From positions 31,272 to 95,271 of the forward strand of contig JAYVTZ010000011.1 of assembly GCA_043788365.1 (NCBI GenBank): a stretch of 64,000 nt of DNA, written 5' to 3'. The notes below the pieces were generated by a model that ran no database searches, was not told the origin of the DNA, and saw only the letters and a program-made list of their open reading frames with translations. The stretch comes from Burkholderiaceae bacterium (lineage in GTDB: Bacteria; Patescibacteriota; Saccharimonadia; Saccharimonadales; AQU-01). Positions 37,648 to 45,858 of this stretch are shown here, piece after piece. How positions within the stretch are numbered: the first letter of the stretch is position 1; every line of letters begins with the position of its first letter. A program made the position numbers and the translations under genes.

Positions 37648-38469
37648 ATGGCTGAAGGTGCAACTGCTCTAGATAGAATGCTTTTAGTCACGCCACGTGA
37701 TGCTTTGGCGTTTGCAATGGGCTCGTCTGTCGTAAGAGGCAGCATGCACAGATATGCCGATAGTCTGCTAATTACTCCCGAACGGGGCGCTTTACCGATA
37801 TTTTGGTGCGCTGAGGGCGATACTGACATTGAGGGTCCTATGCCTAGAGTTAGTCATACCAGTCCTTTGATAGGAAGTTTTCAATATACAAGAAGTGATG
37901 GCGCAGCAGCGATGGGTACGTTGAATCCTGAACAAAAACGCCAATCAGTTAATGATACACTCGATAAGTATTCAGGAAGCTCATCTTTTGTGATTCTTGA
38001 TGAGGTGCAAAAGGGTGGTACTATGGCGGAACTAACTCCGATAGTACGAAAAAGAGGTGCTGGTTTAGCGATAATAGCGGCCCAAGATTCGCGTACTAGA
38101 GTTTCAAGAGAACATAAAAACAAGTATTACACGCAACTAGCTTCAAATAGCATAGGTGGAGTTAGCGTTTCGGTCGTACCTATGCCACTAATAGCGACAG
38201 ATAGATCCCTACTACTCAATCAACTCTATCTAAATGGAAATGAGACTAATTTAAGAGATGCCAAGCCAGATATTATCTTGAATGAAAATACAGATGCCCA
38301 GACCATATTCAGGCAATTGGGCACACTAGTTAGGCACGCTGGCTATTCACATAGTGACGAATTCTTGCATCAACTTGGGGCCTTACCGCGTCAGCAATCA
38401 ACGGATGGCGCTTTAGAACAATGGGCCGAACGAGTCGTTGCCCACACCCATAGCAGGATTAATAATTAA
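37648..38469 (+). CDS. Hypothetical protein with phosphoribosyltransferase-like PRPP motif
   Basis: ATG 37648 follows TATAAT (37635-37640). SFVILDEVQKGGTMAEL resembles the type I PRTase PRPP loop. Weak call. Confidence 0.4.
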   Translation: MAEGATALDRMLLVTPRDALAFAMGSSVVRGSMHRYADSLLITPERGALPIFWCAEGDTDIEGPMPRVSHTSPLIGSFQYTRSDGAAAMGTLNPEQKRQSVNDTLDKYSGSSSFVILDEVQKGGTMAELTPIVRKRGAGLAIIAAQDSRTRVSREHKNKYYTQLASNSIGGVSVSVVPMPLIATDRSLLLNQLYLNGNETNLRDAKPDIILNENTDAQTIFRQLGTLVRHAGYSHSDEFLHQLGALPRQQSTDGALEQWAERVVAHTHSRINN

Positions 38470-38503
38470 AATAGCCCGACCGTTAATAAGTCGGGCTATT
38501 TGA
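38468..38503. terminator. Bidirectional intrinsic terminator between convergent genes
   Basis: ATAGCCCGAC-9 nt-GTCGGGCTAT perfect 10-bp stem flanked by A-run and T-run. Confidence 0.6.
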
Positions 38504-38522
38504 TTGAAATAACAGTAGTTAT

Positions 38523-38903
38523 TTAGACTAGTTCAACTGTTGCGCCAGCATCTTCTAGCGTCTTCTTAGCGGCTTCTGCGTCTTCCTTCTTAGCCTTTTC
38601 TAAGATAGTCTTTGGAGCACCATCAACTAGAGCTTTAGCTTCACCAAGACCTAAGCCAGTGATGTCCTTAACAGCTTTGATGATAGCGACCTTCTGAGCA
38701 CCAGCGTCCTTTAGAACAACGTCGTACTCACTCTTAGCTTCTTCAGCAGGAGCAGCGTCACCACCAGCGGCTGGACCGGCTACAGCAACTGCGGCTGCAG
38801 CTGGTTCAATACCATATTCATCCTTTAGGATGGTCTTTAGTTCGTTAACTTCTAGGACGGTTAGTCCTGTAAGCTGTTCTGCTAATTTCTTTAAATCTGC
38901 CAT
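38523..38903 (-). CDS. rplL: 50S ribosomal protein L7/L12
   Basis: Canonical sequence (Ala-rich hinge, [27 protein letters not shown]). Confidence 0.96.
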   Translation of the reverse strand: MADLKKLAEQLTGLTVLEVNELKTILKDEYGIEPAAAAVAVAGPAAGGDAAPAEEAKSEYDVVLKDAGAQKVAIIKAVKDITGLGLGEAKALVDGAPKTILEKAKKEDAEAAKKTLEDAGATVELV

Positions 38904-38928
38904 TGTATAAAACCTTTCTTAAATTAAC

Positions 38929-39450
38929 TTATTTAGCCTTGGCTTCGATGCCATCAAGCAGCGCGTGAAGATTGCCAGATAGGCCACCCATAACACCGTC
39001 GAGCGGTGATGAAAGTGTCGCCAGTACCTGTGCGATCAATTGGTTCTTGCCTGGTAGTAGCGCCAATGCTTTAACATCGTCAGCACTTATAAAGACGCCC
39101 TCGCTAGTAATGCCACCGACGAATTGTATGGTAGGCGCAGTTTTAGCAAATTTTGCTAGTACTTGAGCCGATGCCACTTCGTCGTTTGCATTAAAAGCAT
39201 ATAAAATCTGTCCTTTTAGCGCGCTTGTGTCAACATTCTTAAATCTATCACTAGATGAAAGAGCCTTGATGACTAGGCGGTTTTTGACGACTTTTACGTA
39301 TGTTGAGTTTTCACGAGCTGCTTTACGTAGCTCTTGCAACTCTTTAACGCTGGTACCAGTGTAAGCCGCTAGTACGGTGAGTTTTGAAGTATCTAGAAGT
39401 CCAGTGACTTCATCGAGTACTTCGTTTTTCTTTATTCTACTCAGTGCCAT
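38929..39450 (-). CDS. rplJ: 50S ribosomal protein L10
   Basis: MALSRIKKNEV... start at ATG 39450; adjacent to rplL. Confidence 0.9.
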   Translation of the reverse strand: MALSRIKKNEVLDEVTGLLDTSKLTVLAAYTGTSVKELQELRKAARENSTYVKVVKNRLVIKALSSSDRFKNVDTSALKGQILYAFNANDEVASAQVLAKFAKTAPTIQFVGGITSEGVFISADDVKALALLPGKNQLIAQVLATLSSPLDGVMGGLSGNLHALLDGIEAKAK

Positions 39451-39513
39451 ATTTGTTTGGTTCCTTTTGTAGTTAATTTCAGTCATCGACCACAACTGAT
39501 AGTTACCGAAATA

Positions 39514-39544
39514 AAAAGTCTTTGACTATTCATCAAAGACTTTT
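39514..39544 (-). terminator. Terminator/attenuator hairpin in the rplJ leader
   Basis: Perfect 12-bp stem AAAAGTCTTTGA / TCAAAGACTTTT, followed on the minus strand by TATTTCGG; about 65 nt upstream of the rplJ start. Confidence 0.5.
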
Positions 39545-39685
39545 GTAATTCGAAGAGATATAAATCTGACCTCGGTAGCATTTTTACATGTTGTTTCACA
39601 ACTTCATCGCTACTGTCTTTGGTAACAGACGTATTGTAGGTGATTTAACAGATTAAGTCAAGTTAATGCAACACTAGGTATTAGG

Positions 39686-39964
39686 CTATGAGGCTGCACC
39701 TCGCCTAGCTATTGCCACAGCTGTCATTTCTTCGATCGTTATTGATTCTGATTGACCATCAACAAGGCGAATACTGCCGTCGTAGCCAACCACTGGTGTT
39801 TGTGGTGCGTCAGAGGGTAGTAGTACTCGTCTTCTCTCGAGATAATTACGATATTGTTGCATTACTTGCTCAGTTGGCATTACTTCAGACGGGTCAATAG
39901 TATCATCACCGACATATTCCCCTCCATAAAACTCTCTCATGCCCCTTTGATTAGTGTCTGTCAT
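39686..39964 (-). CDS. Hypothetical protein (92 aa)
   Basis: ORF only. Confidence 0.4.
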   Translation of the reverse strand: MTDTNQRGMREFYGGEYVGDDTIDPSEVMPTEQVMQQYRNYLERRRVLLPSDAPQTPVVGYDGSIRLVDGQSESITIEEMTAVAIARRGAAS

Positions 39965-39982
39965 ATTTAGCTTTCTTTAAAA

Positions 39983-40399
39983 TTATGGTTGCTGAATTTG
40001 TATTTCAATAGTGTCGCCCGGGTCTTCGGGATGTGTTTCGGCATAGTTATCAGGCAATACCCCAAAATAGTTACTTGGTGGCGGGGCAGGAAATTTCCTA
40101 CCCTCTTGTTGCAGTTTCAAAATTCTATCATTGTTCGATTCGTAAGGTGGCATGTCGTCGGGGTAATCAGTGGCACTCATGACAGATTCCGAATTATCAG
40201 ACACAGGAGTAATGCTAATATTTGGTAGTGGCAACCCTCTATGCGACCTTAGCGCGCGCAGCCCAGCTCTCTCAAATGCTCCGTTTCTGCCGTTATTTTT
40301 GCCAGCATCTGGTACGTATGCTCTGCCCATCATTATGGCGTCGCCGCTCGATATACCAATAGCCATGTCATTAATTGCTTGTCTTCTAATACCAGTCAT
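39983..40399 (-). CDS. Hypothetical protein (138 aa, Pro/Asp-rich C-terminus)
   Basis: ORF only. Confidence 0.4.
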   Translation of the reverse strand: MTGIRRQAINDMAIGISSGDAIMMGRAYVPDAGKNNGRNGAFERAGLRALRSHRGLPLPNISITPVSDNSESVMSATDYPDDMPPYESNNDRILKLQQEGRKFPAPPPSNYFGVLPDNYAETHPEDPGDTIEIQIQQP

Positions 40400-40660
40400 T
40401 TCTACTCCTATACTTAAAATTAAAAAGCTCTAACATTTGTTAGGGCTCTGTTGTTCTTGGCTGTACCCGGCGTTTGTCTTTGTTTGACTTACGCGGCCCC
40501 AACTAAATCAGGGCACAGCCTTGGAAGGTTGAGCACGAGAAGCAATTGGTTAGAAACAGTTTTCATTGCGTGGAAGTATATAGCAACACAAAACTATGGT
40601 CAATAGCCAAGATTAATATAGTCAAAATAGTGTTTAAATAATAACTAGTACATAACACAA

Positions 40661-40689
40661 TTGAGTGTATTGACAAAATGGTGTATAAT
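40661..40689 (+). promoter_or_regulatory. Promoter-like element TTGAGT-17-TATAAT
   Basis: TTGAGT 40661-40666, TATAAT 40684-40689, upstream of the ORF at 40751. Confidence 0.4.
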
Positions 40690-40750
40690 ATAACCTGTTT
40701 TTGAGAATATATAAAAACATAATTCAAAATAATTTGATCACAAGGGCGAT

Positions 40751-41272
40751 ATGAGTGCGACTGAAAAACGGGGGATTCAACGGATAATGTCACTAGACGA
40801 TGCCGAAGCGCAACGCTTGGCTTTTGTTAAATTTGGTGCTGAGCTCGATGCATTGGGTCGGAAACGGATAAAGGGTAATGATATGGCTATTCGTGCCGTT
40901 CAGATCATAAAGAATGAGGTCGAGCCCCAGTATGTCAATCCAGAGGACCCAAGCAATAAAGTAATCCGTCCAATGACGTTCAAATATGGCGATGAGCTAA
41001 CGGCCCCAAAACTGGATTCTTTTTTAAAGGGTCTAAGATTTGTTGGCGCCGAAAACGGCTTAATCTTGCCCGATGTTAGTATTCATGAGGTCGATGAAAC
41101 GCCAATTACTTGGGCGACCTACGAGCCAAGCGGTGCCCACATTACTGCTAGTGTAGTTTCGACGGAACATGAAGAGCATCAACGAATACGTAGACTATAT
41201 CCCGAGATCAGAAAAAACATTGGTGATATGGCTATTTTTCAGCTCGTCAGGCCTGGTGACGGAATTTTTTAG
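40751..41272 (+). CDS. Hypothetical protein (173 aa)
   Basis: ORF only; converges on and overlaps the tmk-thyX stop by 4 nt. Confidence 0.5.
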   Translation: MSATEKRGIQRIMSLDDAEAQRLAFVKFGAELDALGRKRIKGNDMAIRAVQIIKNEVEPQYVNPEDPSNKVIRPMTFKYGDELTAPKLDSFLKGLRFVGAENGLILPDVSIHEVDETPITWATYEPSGAHITASVVSTEHEEHQRIRRLYPEIRKNIGDMAIFQLVRPGDGIF

Positions 41273-43545
41273 TCGATTTGCGATAATTTGAACTGTGTAT
41301 AGCGTTCGGCTGCTAGTCTTGTCAGTTCTGGGTCTTCGTCTTGATTAACAAACTTCATGGCTTCACCAAGCAGAGGGTGGACTTCACTAAGCCTGGAGTG
41401 CATTTCTCTGACTAACTTACGGTAGCCTGGATGACCTTGTGGCGTCGTACGCAGTTCATGAAAATGAAATGCTTGACGAGCGTTATAAGTGATCTTCCAG
41501 CGCATTTTGTGCCCTAGGAGTGTGGCGTACTGAGCTTCGAGCTCATAGCCAGCCGATCGAAGCTCACTATTAAGCCGAAGACTAATGTCAAAGCACTCGT
41601 CAAACTTATCACTAAGTCCTGCTTCTTCTACTAATGCTGGCACTTCGTATCCATAACGTGGAGTAAGGAGCTGCCATTCTAAATCATCAACCATGCGATG
41701 ACGCTGCAAGTCACGGAATATCCCATAGTCACAGATAAGGTCCCAGCTGTAATGGGCCTTCTCTATTGCTCGTCCTGGTTTATGACGACGATTAAGCCTC
41801 TCACCTATATACGCTTTAAACACTTCTTCCCTTTTTTCGTATGGCCACTTCTCGACTTCTTTAGTGATTTCATCCAACGATAGGTTGCTATGTTCGTATA
41901 GCATATCTGGCACAAGATCTAGCTCATTACGGGGCCAGATAGCCTCAAGCCTTACTTCATCTAGGTGTTGTCCGTATTTGTCGGGTAAATTGTTCTTTGC
42001 CATCGCCTTGACGGCGTTATATGTATTGGCTCGATAAGCAATTGCAGCACCGCCACGCTCTGGTTTATCTGCTCGCTCGAGTAGTGACGGCAAAACCTTT
42101 CTGGCTTCGTTCAGAATCTTCTGACCAACCTGCTGGGCTTCAGGTAATTCGTCGGCCAGTAGGTGCATAATTAAGCTTTCTAAAGCTTGGCCCGATGCAA
42201 AGATACCAACAGTTGACTTAGTCGATACCGGTAGGACAGGGCGTATGGCGTCACAGGCTTGTGCCCGAGTTGCTCCAAGCCAGGCCGCATCTTGTTCTGC
42301 CTTCGGTATTTTGCTATTTCGCCTGACATAGTCGCTCAGTTCACGGACCATAAGGGAGTAAACATCAAAAATTTCATCCATGGCGGTCTTGTACTTTAAT
42401 TTGGTTTCTAGGTCAAAATTGTCAGGCGTGAAATAACGATACTTACCACGCGCATCTTTCTGATCAAAGTATATATACCTGGTTGACTGCTCCAGATAAG
42501 CGGCAAGCCTACCCCACTCCAGTTTCTTAGTTAATAGGTTGGAGGCGTTTTCGACCACAATATGCTGTCCAACAAGTTGTTGAACGGAATCGTCTCCATA
42601 GGCAGTAATTACTCGTTGTAAAAGCTTTTCATCCTTGCCTGCCTGACCGGCAAATTCATCAAGAAGGGTTATTCGCATATCATCACCGCGACGACTAAGT
42701 CGCGCCATTGCGGCAGCAATCGTAACTGGACTTAATTCTTGGCTAAAGGCATAAACGTCGTCTTCGGTCTCGCTGACATATTTTGCTAACTCAGCGTAGC
42801 CAGCGTCGGTAATAGTAAAACGACCTTCGTCGTCCTTAGTCAGCAGTGGTTCATTAGACGTTTTTGAGACTACTTTGCTAGTAACTGACGGCTGGTTGAC
42901 TATGGACTTTGCCTCTTGTCTGGAAGCTAGTAATTGTGCGACGTGTGCCCAAACGCTCTTAAAGACCTCTAGTGGTTCGCCTATTGCCGAAACTACGGGT
43001 AGATTACGATTCTTTGCTTCAATTAAGTAACCGTCACGGACTTTAGTCAGGAAATCTTCCGGAAGGTTATCAAAACGCTCGCCTTGATAGCGTCCCTTGA
43101 CTCGTTCGCGCAAATGTTCAATCGGTGCATCTAGAACGATAGTAAGGTCGGGTTCCATATCGCCAACTGCAAAACCAATAATGTTATTAATGGTGTCATA
43201 CTCGGGCACGTCACCACGGCCATAGTATTGGATGGCTAGTGTTGTTAGATAATTGCGGTCAACTATGCAAGTTACGCCCTGTTCAACACTTTCCCGTATG
43301 ACCTGAAGCGACTGAGACCTAGCTGCGTTATAAAGTAGCACTTCAGTCCTAGTATTCATCGGGTACTGTGGACTTTGGGTAAGGTGTCGTATTGTACGAG
43401 CCGTTAAGTCGCTCTGACTGTCTGGTTCACGCAACAGCCTAACTGCCAGACCCGATGCCTGAAGATATTTTGCCAGTATTTTAATCTGAGTAGTTTTGCC
43501 TACTCCCTCAGCTCCTTCAATAACGATGTATTTACCTTTTATCAT
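41269..43545 (-). CDS. tmk-thyX: Fusion protein: thymidylate kinase (N-terminal ~205 aa) plus long-form ThyX-like flavin-dependent thymidylate synthase (C-terminal ~520 aa)
   Basis: Tmk: IEGAEGVGKTTQ P-loop, LREPDSQS, DRNYLTTLAIQ, lid RVKGRYQGERFD. ThyX-like: AAAMARLSRRG block and FRDLQRHRM...TPRYGY (RHR...RY). Confidence 0.78.
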   Translation of the reverse strand: MIKGKYIVIEGAEGVGKTTQIKILAKYLQASGLAVRLLREPDSQSDLTARTIRHLTQSPQYPMNTRTEVLLYNAARSQSLQVIRESVEQGVTCIVDRNYLTTLAIQYYGRGDVPEYDTINNIIGFAVGDMEPDLTIVLDAPIEHLRERVKGRYQGERFDNLPEDFLTKVRDGYLIEAKNRNLPVVSAIGEPLEVFKSVWAHVAQLLASRQEAKSIVNQPSVTSKVVSKTSNEPLLTKDDEGRFTITDAGYAELAKYVSETEDDVYAFSQELSPVTIAAAMARLSRRGDDMRITLLDEFAGQAGKDEKLLQRVITAYGDDSVQQLVGQHIVVENASNLLTKKLEWGRLAAYLEQSTRYIYFDQKDARGKYRYFTPDNFDLETKLKYKTAMDEIFDVYSLMVRELSDYVRRNSKIPKAEQDAAWLGATRAQACDAIRPVLPVSTKSTVGIFASGQALESLIMHLLADELPEAQQVGQKILNEARKVLPSLLERADKPERGGAAIAYRANTYNAVKAMAKNNLPDKYGQHLDEVRLEAIWPRNELDLVPDMLYEHSNLSLDEITKEVEKWPYEKREEVFKAYIGERLNRRHKPGRAIEKAHYSWDLICDYGIFRDLQRHRMVDDLEWQLLTPRYGYEVPALVEEAGLSDKFDECFDISLRLNSELRSAGYELEAQYATLLGHKMRWKITYNARQAFHFHELRTTPQGHPGYRKLVREMHSRLSEVHPLLGEAMKFVNQDEDPELTRLAAERYTQFKLSQID

Positions 43546-43553
43546 AGCTTCTA

Positions 43554-44267
43554 TCAGTCATAGACTGACCCCTCAACTTTATCTGGAGTAGAGCGTTTAT
43601 CGAGATAGGCTTTAGGCAGCATCATATCTGGTGACCAGGTTTTGATAATTGTATCAAGGTCAGTACCTTTTTGATATTTACCGCTGAAGCTGTTATCTCT
43701 ACCTAGCCCATAGTCACCGTCAACTTCGCCAGTTTCATGAAAAACAATCTGGGCAATACGCTCACCTACTGGTAAAACAACTGTTTCTCGCTCATTCAGG
43801 TTATAAATCTCTAGTGTCAGACGGTTTATGTAGCCCGGATCAATCCAGCCAGCATCAAAACAGACAGCCACACCGTTGCGGCCCCAACTCGAGCGACTTT
43901 TGACCTCACTAGCACCTGGAGCTTTTATGCCAAAAAACTCGTGAGTATGAGCAAGGATGCGCTCACCTGGTTTTAATGCAATCACTGGGTGTTCTGGTGG
44001 GATGCCGACGAGCGGCTTAAAGCCATTGAGCTTACACCATTGTTCGTGCGGCAAAGCCTTAAAAGGACCTTCGAAATATCGTTCAACATCCTCGGCGTCA
44101 AAGGGGTTATAGATTGTGCGTTCGTTCATCTTCTCAATACGATAATAGTAATAGCCAAGTGTGACATCAAGGCTAGCGTGACTGACATGCTTAGGATTAA
44201 AAGGCACGCAAACGATGTGACCCTCATCCATGGCACGACGTATTTCAATATTGCTATAAACTCCCAA
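43554..44267 (-). CDS. dcd: dCTP deaminase family protein (Dcd or Dcd-Dut)
   Basis: TTG start 4 nt after GGAGGG. IEIRRAMDEGHIV N-terminus and SSWGRNGVAV...DAGWIDPGY...LEIYN...GERIAQIVF core. Confidence 0.85.
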   Translation of the reverse strand: MGVYSNIEIRRAMDEGHIVCVPFNPKHVSHASLDVTLGYYYYRIEKMNERTIYNPFDAEDVERYFEGPFKALPHEQWCKLNGFKPLVGIPPEHPVIALKPGERILAHTHEFFGIKAPGASEVKSRSSWGRNGVAVCFDAGWIDPGYINRLTLEIYNLNERETVVLPVGERIAQIVFHETGEVDGDYGLGRDNSFSGKYQKGTDLDTIIKTWSPDMMLPKAYLDKRSTPDKVEGSVYD

Positions 44268-44494
44268 GTACCCTCCAAATCTCTGCTAGTATCTATTGTA
44301 CGTGACAATTTGACATGAGCGCAATATCTATAGTGAAATATTACAACCTTTTGTGAAGGTGTGAGATTGCGTTAAGGGCCGTGGGCTTAAATAAGCAATA
44401 ATGAATCAGAAAGAGAAAGGAAAAATAGTATTAGTATATGGGAAGTCTGAAGATTCGTTCCTGGTTGCATTCTGTTGCTTTACACCCTCTTGCA

Positions 44495-45034
44495 CTAGAT
44501 TAGCTCAATCGCCTTGCTATCATAGTCTTTACGCATCAGCACCAAGAAAGTTAGACCATAGTTGTTGCCCGGACCCTTTGGAACGACTTTTTTGGAGATT
44601 TCGATCCAGTCACCCTTGTCATAGACTGGGAAAAAACGGTCGCCTACTATGTCGGCATCAATTTCTGTCAGATACATATGATCAACAATTCCTCTATCAA
44701 GACAATATTTATAAAGTCCGCTACCGCCAACAATGAAAACTTCTTCGGTCGGTGACAGGGCACTAGTGGCGGCTAAGGCTTGCTTAAGACTAGTGGCTAA
44801 TTCGAACCCATCATGTACAGAATTGAGGCTGCTCGAAACCACAATATTGCGGCGATTTATCAATGGTTTCTGACGATGACTATAGATTGATTCATACGTA
44901 TGGCGGCCCATGATAACCGTAGCGCCATCAGTTATCTTATTGAAATGAGCCTTATCCAGTGGCAAATTCCAGGGTAATTGGTTGTTATTGCCAATAACAC
45001 GATTGTTTGTGTAGGCGGCGATAATTGAAATCAT
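44495..45034 (-). CDS. folA: Dihydrofolate reductase
   Basis: IGNNNQLPWNLPLDKAHFNKIT, VIMGRHTYESI, FIVGGSGLY, GDRFFP motifs. Confidence 0.9.
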   Translation of the reverse strand: MISIIAAYTNNRVIGNNNQLPWNLPLDKAHFNKITDGATVIMGRHTYESIYSHRQKPLINRRNIVVSSSLNSVHDGFELATSLKQALAATSALSPTEEVFIVGGSGLYKYCLDRGIVDHMYLTEIDADIVGDRFFPVYDKGDWIEISKKVVPKGPGNNYGLTFLVLMRKDYDSKAIELI

Positions 45035-45045
45035 AGAAATTAATT

Positions 45046-45804
45046 TTAATTAAATCTTTTGGTTTGGTAAAGCTTTTGTAGACTATTATCGGCGATATCT
45101 TTGACGACTTGCTTGGCGCACTTCAACATGTCTTCTACGGTGCCATTACTAACAATCGTACTATCGGTTGGTATATTGTCACGTTCTCGTTCGGTCGGGT
45201 CGAGCATGTCGTATTGCAAATGATCGGGCCTATAGACTTTTACAATAGCCCCACCAGCCCTGTGTACATTGTTGGCGTCGCGAGGGAATCTGAGACCGCC
45301 AATGATGCAAATCTTATAGCCGGCGTCTTCTGACGCTTTGACCCTACGAATAATCTCATCGTACCAAATGTCTCCACTGACGCGCTGAACCAAATAGCCT
45401 CCAAGCCATTGCAATATTGGTCGGTACGCCTCCTTATTATCGACGGTAATTTCTTGATGAAGCATGGCTGGGTTACGCTGCAGGCTTTCAAGGTGGAGCA
45501 TAAGTTTGTCGTATTCGATAGGATGGCGTTCGGCATCACTTTGATCAATTTCTATTTGCGAAAAGGTGCATTTCTGATGAACAATTTCTTCTAAGATCGC
45601 TGGTAGCGGCTTTAGCCAGTCGTTGATACTTTCTACACTATAGCGGTCTGGTAGCTTAGCTGTTGCTTTGTGCAGGGCGTTAGCAACTTCAGCAATTATA
45701 AGGCTAGATTCAAATCGTATCGTTGAATCTTCAAAGCTTTTTACAGCCTTTGCAAACGTACTCTTGCCATGACCAATAGGCCCAGTCATACCGATAATAA
45801 TCAT
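45046..45804 (-). CDS. P-loop nucleotide kinase, phage-type dNMP-kinase-like
   Basis: GMTGPIGHGKST Walker A. RPILQWLGGYLVQRVSGDIWY, ICIIGGLRFPRDANNV and VSNGTVEDM blocks parallel the dNMP kinase family layout. Moderate call. Confidence 0.5.
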   Translation of the reverse strand: MIIIGMTGPIGHGKSTFAKAVKSFEDSTIRFESSLIIAEVANALHKATAKLPDRYSVESINDWLKPLPAILEEIVHQKCTFSQIEIDQSDAERHPIEYDKLMLHLESLQRNPAMLHQEITVDNKEAYRPILQWLGGYLVQRVSGDIWYDEIIRRVKASEDAGYKICIIGGLRFPRDANNVHRAGGAIVKVYRPDHLQYDMLDPTERERDNIPTDSTIVSNGTVEDMLKCAKQVVKDIADNSLQKLYQTKRFN

Positions 45805-45858
45805 AAGCTTTATCTTACCAGTTTGATACGACTATGGGAACTGCATTTTGAGCGAAAT

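Noticed and set aside
40400-40660. Candidate structured ncRNA in the 350-nt gap (GGCTGTACCC...GGGCACAGCC long-range pairing)
   Set aside because: No match by eye to RNase P, tmRNA, SRP or 6S signatures, and the pairing has mismatches. It would need an Infernal scan.
44401-44736. 111 aa ORF on the + strand
   Set aside because: It largely overlaps folA on the opposite strand, and its Cys/Arg/Ser-rich translation looks non-biological.
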